A DNA stretch of 64,000 nucleotides from a virus. Positions 9,084-18,999 of the stretch are shown here, piece by piece. Position 1 is the stretch's first letter, and each line of letters starts with the position of its first letter. Position numbers and translations under genes: made by a program. A model generated the notes under the pieces. It saw only the letters and a list, made by a program, of their open reading frames with translations, searched no databases and was not told where the DNA came from. The stretch covers positions 128,001-192,000 of the IMG/VR virus record IMGVR_UViG_3300045988_164340; one strand, written 5' to 3'.

Positions 9084-9644
9084 TTAAATGATGTAGGACT
9101 TATATTTTTCGTTTGTAAGCACTTTCTTTTTAATCACATCCTTATAATTCATGATATAGGATTCGATAGGCTTATTCCACTGCCAACAATCTTTACGAGT
9201 TTCCTGACCGATGCAAGATTTTGTTCCCTCGTAAACAGTGATAAAGAAGGGTCTATACTGATTACGAAGCATCTGAGAGATACGTTTCACCTCTGTCCAA
9301 TCACAGATTACATTAAGGACATTGGAACAGATAAAGACATCTGCACTGGGAAAGCCATAACCCTCATCAGGGTAGTTTCTATATCCATCAGGATACCAAT
9401 ATGGGTCATAGCCAATATATTTGATATTCTTACATTTAAGGAAATCTCCGACAACTTCAGGATAACGACCACACCCCCAATCATAAACAATCAGAGGAGT
9501 CCCGAAAGTCTCACAATAGCTGAAGGCGTTTTTACACCAAATCTTGTCATATTTTAACTGACTCCAATCAATATGATTGTAGATACGGGGAAGTTTGGAG
9601 CTATTAACGGATGTGAACTTAGAAGTGATAAGCTGATTTTTCAT
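9084..9644 (-). CDS. class I SAM-dependent methyltransferase
   Basis: 186 aa; motif I VYDWGCGRYPEV, later VFICSNVLNVI. Confidence 0.65.
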   Translation of the reverse strand: MKNQLITSKFTSVNSSKLPRIYNHIDWSQLKYDKIWCKNAFSYCETFGTPLIVYDWGCGRYPEVVGDFLKCKNIKYIGYDPYWYPDGYRNYPDEGYGFPSADVFICSNVLNVICDWTEVKRISQMLRNQYRPFFITVYEGTKSCIGQETRKDCWQWNKPIESYIMNYKDVIKKKVLTNEKYKSYII

Positions 9645-9677
9645 AATTTAGACTCCTTTCAATTTTAAAAAAGTTTT

Positions 9678-10322
9678 TTATTGTTTAAAGGTAAGTAGGA
9701 GAATTTCGTAGCAATCTACTTGATTGGCTTCATGAATTTCGTTAATGTAAACTCCTGCATCCATAATTGCTTTGCAAGCTTTTAATTCTCCTTCTGATAA
9801 ACATTCCTTATTAAACAAGGGATTTTCAGTGGGGAAATAAGCTATATAACATAAAGCAAGCTTAGGGAAGAATTCATATTTATGAACCTTAAAATCAACT
9901 TTGCCCTCCTTTACTAAAGAATTAAAGATATTAGCGTCCATACAAACTGCTGTGGACATACACTCACAGCTATTGTCTCCAACGCAGATATCTTCCCAAG
10001 AATCAATAGAATCTCCATTCTTGTCATAATAGAAAGTTATCTCCAAAACGCAAGTTACACTAAAAGGTTGAGGAAGACAAGCGTTTTGAAGTTGTGCCTG
10101 TTCATTACAGTAGCTGATACAAAGTTCAATAGCACTATCATCATCTTCCTCATCAATTTCTTCATCTTTTTTAATTAGTTCTTTGTCGTAGAAGAAGATT
10201 TCTTTCCCCTTTGCACAAATCCAAGGATGGACAATAGGGGTAGATTTTTCCACCCCATATTCCCCATTGATAATAGGCTCGATAGCAGATTCAACGCAAC
10301 CATGATATAAAGTGTAAGACAT
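9678..10322 (-). CDS. hypothetical protein
   Basis: 214-aa ORF with SD; acidic internal stretch. Confidence 0.7.
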   Translation of the reverse strand: MSYTLYHGCVESAIEPIINGEYGVEKSTPIVHPWICAKGKEIFFYDKELIKKDEEIDEEDDDSAIELCISYCNEQAQLQNACLPQPFSVTCVLEITFYYDKNGDSIDSWEDICVGDNSCECMSTAVCMDANIFNSLVKEGKVDFKVHKYEFFPKLALCYIAYFPTENPLFNKECLSEGELKACKAIMDAGVYINEIHEANQVDCYEILLLTFKQ

Positions 10323-10357
10323 AATTCATAACTCCTTTCAAATGTGTGTTGATTTAA

Positions 10358-10633
10358 TTAGCAATCAACAGTTACAGTTTCTTCAATGACAAGAAAATCA
10401 CCCATGAGTTTACAATCATAGGAGGTAAACTCACTACCAGCAACGCATTCAATAGGGACTTTATCGCTATGATAATTAAGACGTTTAAGAATTTTGTCTC
10501 CTTTGCCTTCATCAAGCATAGCGCTGAGTTCAAGATATTCTTCTTCGCTTTCAACTGCATAGATATGAAGTTGAGTTTTAGAGCAGGAATCATCACTGAG
10601 CCAATTGTAGAGAGTGGAAGAATTGTATTTCAT
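10358..10633 (-). CDS. hypothetical acidic protein
   Basis: 91-aa ORF with SD. Confidence 0.65.
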   Translation of the reverse strand: MKYNSSTLYNWLSDDSCSKTQLHIYAVESEEEYLELSAMLDEGKGDKILKRLNYHSDKVPIECVAGSEFTSYDCKLMGDFLVIEETVTVDC

Positions 10634-10672
10634 AGTTAAACTCCTTTTAAGTTAAAACAAATTGTTTTATTA

Positions 10673-10933
10673 TCAGTTGTAGTTATTGGAATGAAGGGGG
10701 TTAGCGACATAGTTTTTTGCAGCCTTGAGCGAAGAGAATGCTTTGATAAAAGTGTAAACAACCACACCATCAATAACACTTCTTTTACTCAATTCCCAAC
10801 CTTTACGGGAGAAAATAGGACGAGAAATATAATATTTCTCATCCTTAGACATATAAAAGTTTTCTCCCTTTGTGCCAGTTACAGGCTTCCAACGAACGAC
10901 GTTGTGAGAATCAGTAAGAATAATATTAGACAT
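10673..10933 (-). CDS. hypothetical protein
   Basis: 86-aa ORF with SD, TGA stop. Confidence 0.65.
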   Translation of the reverse strand: MSNIILTDSHNVVRWKPVTGTKGENFYMSKDEKYYISRPIFSRKGWELSKRSVIDGVVVYTFIKAFSSLKAAKNYVANPLHSNNYN

Positions 10934-10965
10934 ACAAGCACTTCCTTTCTTTTTGTTAGATTAAT

Positions 10966-11526
10966 TTAACTCAAAAGCTTAAGAGTTCCTGTTTTGCCAC
11001 AGCCACCACATCTCCAAGCAGAAGGATTAGACCTGATACCTTGAACCGTGCTACAATTACGCTGATAAGTTTTCACCACCTTTTTACAGCAATCACAATA
11101 GATTTTGTAATTGCCACTTAATTTAGCTTGCTGGTTAAGATATTTGTGATAATTGGGGTCATAACTGCATCTTTGAATATGTGTACCATAAACAGCATTG
11201 TATTTGGTAATGGCTTTATACCAGCCGCCTGAATGTTCATGGTTTAACCCATTGTTAACACAATGAGCTACTTCATGGATAATTGTACCCTGTACATTGC
11301 TATCATCTCCAACCTCAAAATATTTCTTGTTGAAATTGAGGAGAAAATAGCGCTTACCATCAAGTGACCGTTTAGGACAGCACTGCCCAAGTCGATTTTT
11401 AGCTCTTGTGTTCCATTCCGTCACAATTTTTGTATCGAACAATTCATGAAATCCAAGGTTGATTAGCTGTGTTCTTGCGAGCTCGATGTAATTTTTAACA
11501 GCTTCAATATTGGTGTACTTAGACAT
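10966..11526 (-). CDS. SprT-like zinc metalloprotease with C-terminal zinc ribbon
   Basis: 186 aa; TIIHEVAHC...NHEH zinc site; CDCC...CGGC ribbon. Confidence 0.75.
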   Translation of the reverse strand: MSKYTNIEAVKNYIELARTQLINLGFHELFDTKIVTEWNTRAKNRLGQCCPKRSLDGKRYFLLNFNKKYFEVGDDSNVQGTIIHEVAHCVNNGLNHEHSGGWYKAITKYNAVYGTHIQRCSYDPNYHKYLNQQAKLSGNYKIYCDCCKKVVKTYQRNCSTVQGIRSNPSAWRCGGCGKTGTLKLLS

Positions 11527-11561
11527 AATTCTTAAATCCTTCCTTTTTATAAATGTTGTTG

Positions 11562-11750
11562 TTAGTGCTCCAAAGCTTCTTGGTCTTTAATGTCCTGCAT
11601 AGTGGTCTCGACTGTATTACCACATTCCCAAGAATAAAGAAATTGACCACATTCAGGACAAATGTAGTCAAATTCGCCATTAAAGGCAAGATTTACTTCA
11701 ACTCCACAATCAGGACAACATTTGCCACTACCATTAATAATTCGCAACAT
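11562..11750 (-). CDS. small zinc-ribbon protein
   Basis: start moved to ATG 11750 (AAGGAGG SD); MLRIINGSGKCCPDCG...CPECG. Confidence 0.6.
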   Translation of the reverse strand: MLRIINGSGKCCPDCGVEVNLAFNGEFDYICPECGQFLYSWECGNTVETTMQDIKDQEALEH

Positions 11751-11769
11751 ATTATTCACCTCCTTTTGA

Positions 11770-12486
11770 TTAATCCATGTGACCACAGTACCATTCAATT
11801 TCAGTACAGCCAACAATGGATAGATAATTCTTGATTTTATCAACCCACTGTTCCCAACTCCATTCGCCCAGTTTATTAGAGCGAGGAATCATTTTGTACT
11901 TCTGGTCCTCGTATTTAAAAATCATACCATATCCAATTGCACAACATCCCTTGTCCTCAGACATTTTACAAAGGTCTTCCCAAATCTGAGCAATTGCTTT
12001 AATAGCGGGGATTTTATTGTCATCATAATCTTCAGGACTGAAAAGGATAATAGGATAATTTTTATGCTCTTCGGTATCATCAGTTTCATAATCACTCCAA
12101 ACATTACAAGGAGCGAAATAGAAGAACCAAGATGTAGCACACTCAATGTACATACCATACTTAAGAGCAAATTTCTCAAGCCATTCAGGAGCACCTGAAT
12201 ACATATAATCACACAAAGTTCCCTCAGAAGAGAAACTGATAATATTAGTAGAAGGAGCGTACTCGCAATACTTGGTGGGATGAACACCTTCAACATCATC
12301 AATCCAAGTATTCAGGGGGACATATTTCTTTTCTTCCTTATCCCATAAATTACGAATATAACGAGTACGCTTGTTGTTGTAATAAATACAAACATCATCA
12401 ACGCATTCATGCTCGGCAAGTAATGCCTTAAACTCCTCAACGATATTGGCGATATCGGACTTGCTGTAATCATACTTCTTAGACAT
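11770..12486 (-). CDS. hypothetical protein
   Basis: 238-aa ORF with SD. Confidence 0.7.
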   Translation of the reverse strand: MSKKYDYSKSDIANIVEEFKALLAEHECVDDVCIYYNNKRTRYIRNLWDKEEKKYVPLNTWIDDVEGVHPTKYCEYAPSTNIISFSSEGTLCDYMYSGAPEWLEKFALKYGMYIECATSWFFYFAPCNVWSDYETDDTEEHKNYPIILFSPEDYDDNKIPAIKAIAQIWEDLCKMSEDKGCCAIGYGMIFKYEDQKYKMIPRSNKLGEWSWEQWVDKIKNYLSIVGCTEIEWYCGHMD

Positions 12487-12525
12487 AATTATAATTCCTT
12501 TCTAAATAAAAAGTTTTAAAAGTTG

Positions 12526-12554
12526 TTGACAAAAATGAATTTGTGTGTTACAAT
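12526..12554 (+). promoter_or_regulatory. antisense-oriented sigmaA-type promoter (cassette A)
   Basis: TTGACA, 17 nt, TACAAT with TGt; flanking genes are all on the - strand. Confidence 0.7.
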
Positions 12555-12560
12555 ACACAC

Positions 12561-12801
12561 AGAGTTAAGAGACCCGTAACCTCTCAACTCTGTGTATTAT
12601 GTTTTAGTTTCCTTATAGCTCAAGGAAACCAGTTAACACTATTACATAGTAATAAATGTTAAATTTGTAGTTTATTTGTTTTATTTTCTACATGGTCTTT
12701 CATCTCCTTTCTTCCTTAAGACAAGGGTTTCATTTATATGAACAGTTTACGGGGCTGGAGTTTTAGATAGGAACAGGGTCACTCCTGTTCCTTTTCTTTT
12801 T
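12561..12801 (+). ncRNA. predicted ~240-nt antisense RNA A
   Basis: start inferred ~7 nt after -10; 5' stem-loop; ends at AGGAACAGG/CCTGTTCCT stem plus TTTTCTTTTT. Confidence 0.4.
12613..12693 (-). CDS. micro-ORF A: M(TAG)KIKQINYKFNIYYYVIVLTGFLEL
   Basis: AAAGGAG SD 10 nt upstream; second codon TAG; homologous to micro-ORF B1. Confidence 0.55.
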
Positions 12802-13255
12802 CTTCGTAAGGCTTAAGAGGAATATGATTGCAAGTGGAATATTCGCCTGTGTTAATATTCATCAAGAAATCTTGACCACTTTTGTAACAAAGAAACTTGA
12901 TTTCATCTCCAAAATCATCCACTTCATATACACTCTTATCTCCACAATAAGGACAGCGAGGCTCACGATACTGGCCAAAGCGAATATCTTTCTGATACTC
13001 TTCAGACTGAGGTTTACTCCAAACCTTGACAGAGAAAGTATTACCAGATTTATCATCAGGGTCAATCTCTGCCATGCAAATATCCTGTTCCACATCCTGT
13101 CCATCACGAACAAAGACAATGTTTACACCATGATACCCTTCTTCCTGTTCATAATAGATTCTGAACTGACCATTGGGAGTATCGACAGAGACGTAAGGAT
13201 AGGAATTATTCTTTGCAGAGTGGATAATCATTTCGTTAAAATTCTTGTTAGACAT
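12779..13255 (-). CDS. hypothetical protein with CxxC pair
   Basis: 158-aa ORF with SD; CPYCGDKS. Confidence 0.7.
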   Translation of the reverse strand: MSNKNFNEMIIHSAKNNSYPYVSVDTPNGQFRIYYEQEEGYHGVNIVFVRDGQDVEQDICMAEIDPDDKSGNTFSVKVWSKPQSEEYQKDIRFGQYREPRCPYCGDKSVYEVDDFGDEIKFLCYKSGQDFLMNINTGEYSTCNHIPLKPYEEKEKEQE

Positions 13256-13292
13256 AGTTTTCTTTCCTTTCTTAAATCAAAAATGTTTGTAG

Positions 13293-13835
13293 TTACCAGC
13301 CGTAAACATTGCGAACTTGCTTACCAATAGCGCGGGTATACTTGGTAATATCCTTGGAAGTTGCTTTACCACGATATAGCTTCCAACAGAACTTGTCAAG
13401 CTGGTCAGAAGAGATTTCAGGTTTCACCTCCCTATATAAAATATAATTAGTGCCATCATGGTGAGTTTGCTTAGAGCGAAGATTGTTATGAGAATCAACC
13501 CACCATTCTCCATAACCACAATCAGCATCAAACGAAAGACAAGCTCTGATATTCTTTTCATCTTTAAGCTTGTAGCCTGTTCTTCTACCGTTCCATAAAC
13601 CCAAATCAACGATGGCAATAATACGTCCTTCGGTGGGGATATTAAGATTAGCCTGTTCATCGTGAAAATATTCAGAGCTCAAAAGATACATTTCTTCAAT
13701 GTAATCATCTTCGGTTTTAGTGGAAGAGTCAATTTCATTCATCTCCCACATCTCTTCAATACCTTCACGCCAGTCTTCAAGATTGAGGTCGTAGTTGCTC
13801 CAAATGATGTGCTTGTTAGGGTTCTTCTTAGCCAT
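13293..13835 (-). CDS. hypothetical protein
   Basis: start moved to ATG 13835 (MAKKNPNKHIIW) with GAAAGGA SD. Confidence 0.7.
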   Translation of the reverse strand: MAKKNPNKHIIWSNYDLNLEDWREGIEEMWEMNEIDSSTKTEDDYIEEMYLLSSEYFHDEQANLNIPTEGRIIAIVDLGLWNGRRTGYKLKDEKNIRACLSFDADCGYGEWWVDSHNNLRSKQTHHDGTNYILYREVKPEISSDQLDKFCWKLYRGKATSKDITKYTRAIGKQVRNVYGW

Positions 13836-13881
13836 AATCACAATTCCTTTCTTTTTTGCTATAATTAGAATGCTTTGATAT

Positions 13882-13908
13882 AGAAAAAGCTGGGGATTAT
13901 TCCCCAGC
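13882..13908 (-). terminator. intrinsic terminator
   Basis: GCTGGGGA-ataa-TCCCCAGC then TTTTTC in - sense; overlaps the stop of 13897..14451. Confidence 0.6.
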
Positions 13909-14451
13909 AAATCCTTTGAAAGTTTCAACAATCTTGTTCTTTTCTTCAATGACCCTCTTAGTTGTACTTTTGATGCTGTAAATAAGATTATCCCTCAATG
14001 TAGAATAGATTCCATATTCATCCCATTTAGCAAGCCAACCATCTTTGTCTTTAAGCAGAGAATCAGGACAACACTCAGGAGAAGCATCAAGCACAACAGA
14101 ATCGCAAACATAATTACCATTTCTCCAAGTGATATAATAACGACTACCTTGTTTGTTAACTGCGATACTTTCATCATTACCATAATCTCTATAATAATGA
14201 GCATGAAGATTTGTTCTTGAAAAGAGATTAACTTCTTCAGCGATTTTCACCAAAGAAAGAATTTGGTTAACAATCACAGTCCACTTAGCTCTACCGATTG
14301 CTTCTGTACGAGGGATATAATATTCCTTTGTAGCTTCACAAAGAGTTTTGGCATTCTGATAACGCTGAAGAAGTTCCAGCATTTCGGTGTCTTCGTTTTC
14401 CTTGCAAGTAACGGTAACGGTCATGTTTTCATAAGTCTTAGTGTTAGTCAT
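13897..14451 (-). CDS. hypothetical protein
   Basis: 184-aa ORF with SD. Confidence 0.7.
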   Translation of the reverse strand: MTNTKTYENMTVTVTCKENEDTEMLELLQRYQNAKTLCEATKEYYIPRTEAIGRAKWTVIVNQILSLVKIAEEVNLFSRTNLHAHYYRDYGNDESIAVNKQGSRYYITWRNGNYVCDSVVLDASPECCPDSLLKDKDGWLAKWDEYGIYSTLRDNLIYSIKSTTKRVIEEKNKIVETFKGFAGE

Positions 14452-14519
14452 AATATAAACCTTTCTCCCCGTATAGCCGTTGGGACAGCTTAATTTTATT
14501 ATTTTCCTTAAAATAAAGA

Positions 14520-14720
14520 TTAACCGATGATAGAAAGAATTGTGTTATAGATATTTTCTGTGTCTAAATCAGAGTCGTTTGACGGATAAGCATTACAAAT
14601 AGCATCTTTTTCTGTAATAGTTAGCTCATCCCACTTCTTGTTGAAAGGATAGTTCAAAGAAGTTTCTTCTTCAAAAATCATATAATCTTTTACAGCTTGT
14701 TAAATTTCTTTTTTGTTCAT
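14520..14720 (-). CDS. small protein interrupted by an in-frame TAA at codon 7
   Basis: AAGGAG SD 8 nt before ATG 14720; MNKKEI-TAA(14700-14702)-QAVKDYMIFEEE...; ATG 14681 has no SD. Confidence 0.4.
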
Positions 14721-14786
14721 TTTTATATCTCCTTCAAGTTATTTGGTAAGGGTGGAAGATTTGCTTCCACCCATATACCTTAGATA

Positions 14787-16409
14787 TTAGTCACGAGGAG
14801 TAACACGAACTTTGAGCTTGTTTTTCTTGGCATACTCACAAATAGCTTTGTACTCATCCTCAGTGATACTACGGTTGGAAGCTCCTCTTGCCTGAACAAT
14901 AGCTTCGTTTTCAAGCTCAATAGTAACCAAAGGCTTATCAGTATCTTTTGTCTTACGAAGGAAAACAATCAGGCAATTTCTCTTGATTATTTTGCTCAGG
15001 TAACTGTACACACAATGATTCAACGCAGAACCTTCGTGCTTGACATCATCTGCATTCTTAGGACGAACAATACTGTATGTCTTATCCTCCGTGACAAAAG
15101 ACTTGAAATCTTTGTAAGCATTTTCAAACATCTCAGCCTGTTCCTCAGTAAGCTTAACTTCATAGTTGCGAGAAGTGATATCATGAGTCTGCTTAAGGTA
15201 AGAACTATAAAGAGTAGGCTTGATATCCATTGAAACGCACATATCAAGATAGTCACGAAGTTCACCCATAAACGAGTTTAAAGTTTTAAAGCCTTGATTG
15301 ACAGCCTCTTCACAAACATAATCCATAAACTTACCAAAAGTGTAGAACTGATAAAATTTGGAATTTCTATAATAATTATTATTCCTAAGATAAGCCTGTA
15401 AAGTGCTAGAAAAAACTTTCCCACCATATCCGCCAATTTCAACATGATTGAATTCAAATTCTTCATCCCAATACTTTGCTTTTTCAATAATGTCAAACCA
15501 TTCCTGATTGGTGTAATGACAGAAATCTTCTAAAGTCATGTTGCCATTATTACCGTAGTAGTAATTTTTACTATCCTCTTTAAAAGCGGAAGTGACAATG
15601 TTTTGTAAATTCATCCAATCATCAAGGATATTTCTATCATTAGCTTCTTTATACTCTGCTTTGGTAAGATGAATAAGTTTATAAACAGGTTCAGCGGTTT
15701 CAACTTTAAAACTAAGAAGAGCATTTTGAATGGATTTAGGAGCAGTGCGAAAGATGATTTCAGTGGATTTGTTTCTGCTTAATGCGAATCTCAATTCTCT
15801 GAAAGTATATTTAACCCCGATATTTTCGATAGGAATATCCCAGACTTGAGAGATAAAATCAATTGCGCTATCTCCCATTCCAGCTTCATAAACAGGGCCA
15901 TCACCATCACTGACTGGGGTAGCATTAGGCTCAAGGATAGGAATTAACTGTTCACCATTCATAATAAAGTTGCAACAGGCGTTATTGGTGGCAATTCTAT
16001 ATCTGTAATGACGAGATACAATAGCACCAAGAGGGAAACAATAACCAACATTGACCCAGAAATCACCGCCTTTCAAATTTACTTCCTTAATGATAAAAGT
16101 ATTAGGCGTAAGATAATCACGACTGGTAGGAGCACCAGTGAGCAAATCGAAATACAGCTCGACATCAGAACGGTTCGAACTATAGTGAACAATGATTTTC
16201 TTTCCATGAGAAGTAAAATCGCTGTTGTAACGATTGTTCTGAACCTTAGTCATTTCAACTCTTGCTTCTTTGAGTTGGTCAGAGAGATGTTTGATACGAG
16301 CATTGATTTCCTTTTCTTTAGCGGAGACTTCGTAGTTCTTAAAGAAGCTTTCATAATCATGAGTGGTAGACTTGTAGAAGTTAGCGATAGCAGTGTTAGA
16401 CATAATCAA
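14787..16409 (-). CDS. PcfJ-like protein
   Basis: 540 aa; C-terminal HEGSALNHCVYSYLSKIIKRNCLIVFLRK matches the PcfJ core and the paralog 21788..24115. Confidence 0.7.
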   Translation of the reverse strand: MIMSNTAIANFYKSTTHDYESFFKNYEVSAKEKEINARIKHLSDQLKEARVEMTKVQNNRYNSDFTSHGKKIIVHYSSNRSDVELYFDLLTGAPTSRDYLTPNTFIIKEVNLKGGDFWVNVGYCFPLGAIVSRHYRYRIATNNACCNFIMNGEQLIPILEPNATPVSDGDGPVYEAGMGDSAIDFISQVWDIPIENIGVKYTFRELRFALSRNKSTEIIFRTAPKSIQNALLSFKVETAEPVYKLIHLTKAEYKEANDRNILDDWMNLQNIVTSAFKEDSKNYYYGNNGNMTLEDFCHYTNQEWFDIIEKAKYWDEEFEFNHVEIGGYGGKVFSSTLQAYLRNNNYYRNSKFYQFYTFGKFMDYVCEEAVNQGFKTLNSFMGELRDYLDMCVSMDIKPTLYSSYLKQTHDITSRNYEVKLTEEQAEMFENAYKDFKSFVTEDKTYSIVRPKNADDVKHEGSALNHCVYSYLSKIIKRNCLIVFLRKTKDTDKPLVTIELENEAIVQARGASNRSITEDEYKAICEYAKKNKLKVRVTPRD

Positions 16410-16468
16410 TTTTCCTTTCTTAATTAGACGAAATGTTTGTAGTGACTATATATTAAAGGGAGGAGGGA

Positions 16469-17155
16469 TTAACCCTCCATCACCTTTTTACAGAAAGCTT
16501 TGTATTTCTGACTATTGAGTACACCAAGAATTTTTTCTTTAGCTTCGGGCTTACTCTTATAGTAGTCAGAGTAGTAGTCAGAGTTATAACCAAAATGTCT
16601 CTGATAAATGATATCAGGATTTTTCTTAAGCAACGCTTCAAGAGGACAATAAAGGCTTACAGTAACCTCTTCGCCCTTGTACTTGTAAGGCATCTTGATG
16701 TAGATATCGCAAGAGCCAGAACCACAAGTAGGAACATAAGCATCAAACTTATATTTTTTCAGATAAGGATAAGCCATGAGAATTGCTTCATTGAAAACTT
16801 TTCGAAGATAGACACTCTGATAATCACGAGAAACAATATACTGGTAAGCATCTTCGTAATGGTCTCTTTTCCAACCATTACGTTCTTTTGTGAATCTAAA
16901 ATTTCTCTTGATTTCAGGGAGACGTGTGTAATGGGCTTCATAGTAGCTAACACTATTTGTAGACACAGGAATATACTTGATACCACAGATATCTTTCATC
17001 TTGATTTTCTCATTTACAAGCCAAAGAAGGACATGAGTTGGGAAACACTTTTCCCACACATCCCATTCTTTGATGAACTTTTTAGCTCTTTCGTAGCCGA
17101 CAAATTTCTCGTTGAGATAAGTACCCTGATACTGAGCATAGATAGCCATAGTCAT
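16469..17155 (-). CDS. hypothetical protein
   Basis: 228-aa ORF with SD. Confidence 0.7.
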   Translation of the reverse strand: MTMAIYAQYQGTYLNEKFVGYERAKKFIKEWDVWEKCFPTHVLLWLVNEKIKMKDICGIKYIPVSTNSVSYYEAHYTRLPEIKRNFRFTKERNGWKRDHYEDAYQYIVSRDYQSVYLRKVFNEAILMAYPYLKKYKFDAYVPTCGSGSCDIYIKMPYKYKGEEVTVSLYCPLEALLKKNPDIIYQRHFGYNSDYYSDYYKSKPEAKEKILGVLNSQKYKAFCKKVMEG

Positions 17156-17215
17156 AATTCCTTTCTTTTCAATAGATGTGTTGTTGTTTATGTTGTTGTT
17201 TATATTTAAGTAGAG

Positions 17216-17464
17216 TTATTTCTCTACATCAAAGATAACATGAGCACCAGCGATTTTTGTGCGACTTGGAAGCTTATAAAGCTCAGTAATTAAGTTTGTA
17301 TCTCTAGGCTTAAAATGAGGCATAAACGCAAAGTAAAACACTTTGCTATCAAGAGCTTTGTTTTTATAATCGAAACGAGTAACAATAAATAAATAATATA
17401 CTTTGTTACTTTCCGAGTCTGTAGAAATTCCTTCAAAAGTGATAGTAAAATTACCGATAACCAT
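17216..17464 (-). CDS. hypothetical protein
   Basis: 82-aa ORF. Confidence 0.6.
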   Translation of the reverse strand: MVIGNFTITFEGISTDSESNKVYYLFIVTRFDYKNKALDSKVFYFAFMPHFKPRDTNLITELYKLPSRTKIAGAHVIFDVEK

Positions 17465-17477
17465 GTTATTCTCCTTT

Positions 17478-17675
17478 TTAATAAGTTGGATTAGTTTTAG
17501 AAAGTTCCCATGGTTCTTTTTTCAACAGCGCATGGGCTTCTTCATAAGCAGTAAAGAATTCTTGGTCAGTTTTGTAATCATCCATGCTATGAACAAGTTC
17601 TCTGATATAGTCATCCATGAGGGGAATAGATGCTTCAAAATTAACCAGAGTTCCACTGAGATTTTTTACTAACAT
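17478..17675 (-). CDS. hypothetical protein
   Basis: start moved to ATG 17675 (GGAGG SD). Confidence 0.6.
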   Translation of the reverse strand: MLVKNLSGTLVNFEASIPLMDDYIRELVHSMDDYKTDQEFFTAYEEAHALLKKEPWELSKTNPTY

Positions 17676-17689
17676 ATTTTTACCTCCTT

Positions 17690-17884
17690 TCAAACATCTA
17701 TGGCAAAATTAGCCACACAGAATCCATATTCTTCTTCAAGTCTTTCACAAATAGAGTCTTCCATATCTCTTAAAAAACTGGTACAAAGGTCATCGTACTC
17801 AAGGTCAACTTCAGAGGGAAGGCTTTCACTGGGGACATCGTTTTCATCAATGTCCCATTCAATATTGGTAACGTGAACAATCAT
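17690..17884 (-). CDS. small highly acidic protein
   Basis: 64 aa rich in D/E. Confidence 0.6.
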   Translation of the reverse strand: MIVHVTNIEWDIDENDVPSESLPSEVDLEYDDLCTSFLRDMEDSICERLEEEYGFCVANFAIDV

Positions 17885-17911
17885 ACTTAATCTCCTTTTG
17901 TTTTAATTTAA

Positions 17912-17937
17912 GGGAGAGAGATATTTCACTCTCTCCC
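17912..17937 (-). promoter_or_regulatory. intergenic hairpin with 8-nt loop UGAAAUAU (- sense)
   Basis: GGGAGAGAG / CTCTCTCCC stem, + strand loop ATATTTCA. Confidence 0.6.
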
Positions 17938-17962
17938 ATGTTGATGTGTTGAACAGTTGACG

Positions 17963-18454
17963 TTAAATCGAGGGCTGACCGAGCCATTCAATATTGTCTG
18001 CCTTGATAGTCATACAGCCAGTCTCATTGGAAGATGTGAAATAACTATCAGGAACAAAGCCAGTCTTGCGAAGGTCTTCCTTGGAAATTTGCTTTCCATT
18101 TAAATAGTGCTGCACGCGAGGCTTATTGGGAGTGTCATACACACGGAGGTACTCATTGTATTCGCCCTTCTTATTAGTGTGGCAGATGATGCGATTGCTA
18201 CCATCCTTCCACTGACCCCAAGGGAGCTTAGAAGCGGTATCAATAGGAACATTCTTCTCAGCAGCCTTTGCAATTGCCTTCTTGGTGTGCTTGTAGTTGA
18301 CACCGATACGGTAAGTACCGATAACACGCTTAAGAACAGAGACACCAGCTTTACGACCGAGGGCAGAGAGAGTCACATCGGAAACGTAAGCCATTTTGAA
18401 GAACTGACCAGCGGGGATGGAGTTGACCTTGAGGTTGAAATAAGTGTTATTCAT
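17963..18454 (-). CDS. hypothetical protein
   Basis: 163-aa ORF with SD. Confidence 0.7.
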   Translation of the reverse strand: MNNTYFNLKVNSIPAGQFFKMAYVSDVTLSALGRKAGVSVLKRVIGTYRIGVNYKHTKKAIAKAAEKNVPIDTASKLPWGQWKDGSNRIICHTNKKGEYNEYLRVYDTPNKPRVQHYLNGKQISKEDLRKTGFVPDSYFTSSNETGCMTIKADNIEWLGQPSI

Positions 18455-18534
18455 GATATTTCCTTTCTGCCCGTAAACCCGATAGCACAGGATAATAAAT
18501 TGGTTTGTGATAAAAGAGTTATATAGATTCGGGA

Positions 18535-18834
18535 TTAAATTTCGACTTCGATGATTTTACTATCCCAGTTATCATGGTTTAGAGTAGTACCATAAGCCAA
18601 AAGACTTTCGATATCCACCATGTTCTCATCATCCATGAGCTCAAGCTCTTCAAGAATAGACAAAGCTTCTTTTAAAGTTTTCTCATCAATGACAAGAGGA
18701 ACAATATCAATGCCAATGTCTCTGACTGTGCAGAAATCATTAACCATGTGGTAAATGGCTTTTTCCTTCTTATCAAAGAAAGTAGGTTCGTTAATTTCAC
18801 GTTCACAAACGTCAATGTACATGTATTTCTTCAT
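18535..18834 (-). CDS. small acidic protein
   Basis: 99-aa ORF. Confidence 0.65.
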   Translation of the reverse strand: MKKYMYIDVCEREINEPTFFDKKEKAIYHMVNDFCTVRDIGIDIVPLVIDEKTLKEALSILEELELMDDENMVDIESLLAYGTTLNHDNWDSKIIEVEI

Positions 18835-18836
18835 GC

Positions 18837-18986
18837 TTATTCTCCTTTAATCACATTTACGAGCAGATGATAAATCATTTCATCCGCAGCTTCGGCATCC
18901 TGCATCATAACAGTTACTTCGTCAAAAGCAACATCGTTAATCACTCTGAATGTGGCTCTATCCTTATTCTGGATAATTGTAATCAT
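18837..18986 (-). CDS. hypothetical 49-aa protein
   Basis: AAGGAGG SD; MITIIQNKDRATFRV...; below the ORF-track cutoff. Confidence 0.5.
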   Translation of the reverse strand: MITIIQNKDRATFRVINDVAFDEVTVMMQDAEAADEMIYHLLVNVIKGE

Positions 18987-18999
18987 TTATTTCACCTCC

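Larger units (their letters stand above)
12526..12801. repeat. intergenic cassette A
   Basis: + promoter 12526-12554; hairpin 12557-12595 (loop cccgtaacc); micro-ORF 12613-12693 (-); CCCGTAA on - strand at 12747-12753; + terminator 12769-12801. Confidence 0.7.

Noticed and set aside
12662-12703. Alternative small ORF MKDHVENKTNKLQI starting at ATG 12703 in cassette A
   Set aside because: That ATG abuts the SD with zero spacing. The overlapping ATG-TAG frame (ATG 12693) has 10-nt spacing and aligns codon by codon with micro-ORF B1.
8281-17209. + strand ORFs 8281..8721, 12824..13330, 16008..16427 and 16595..17209 within the - block
   Set aside because: Each overlaps a better - strand gene with SD and a sensible protein sequence. 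None is placed downstream of the + strand cassette promoters in a way that would give an SD-led ORF.
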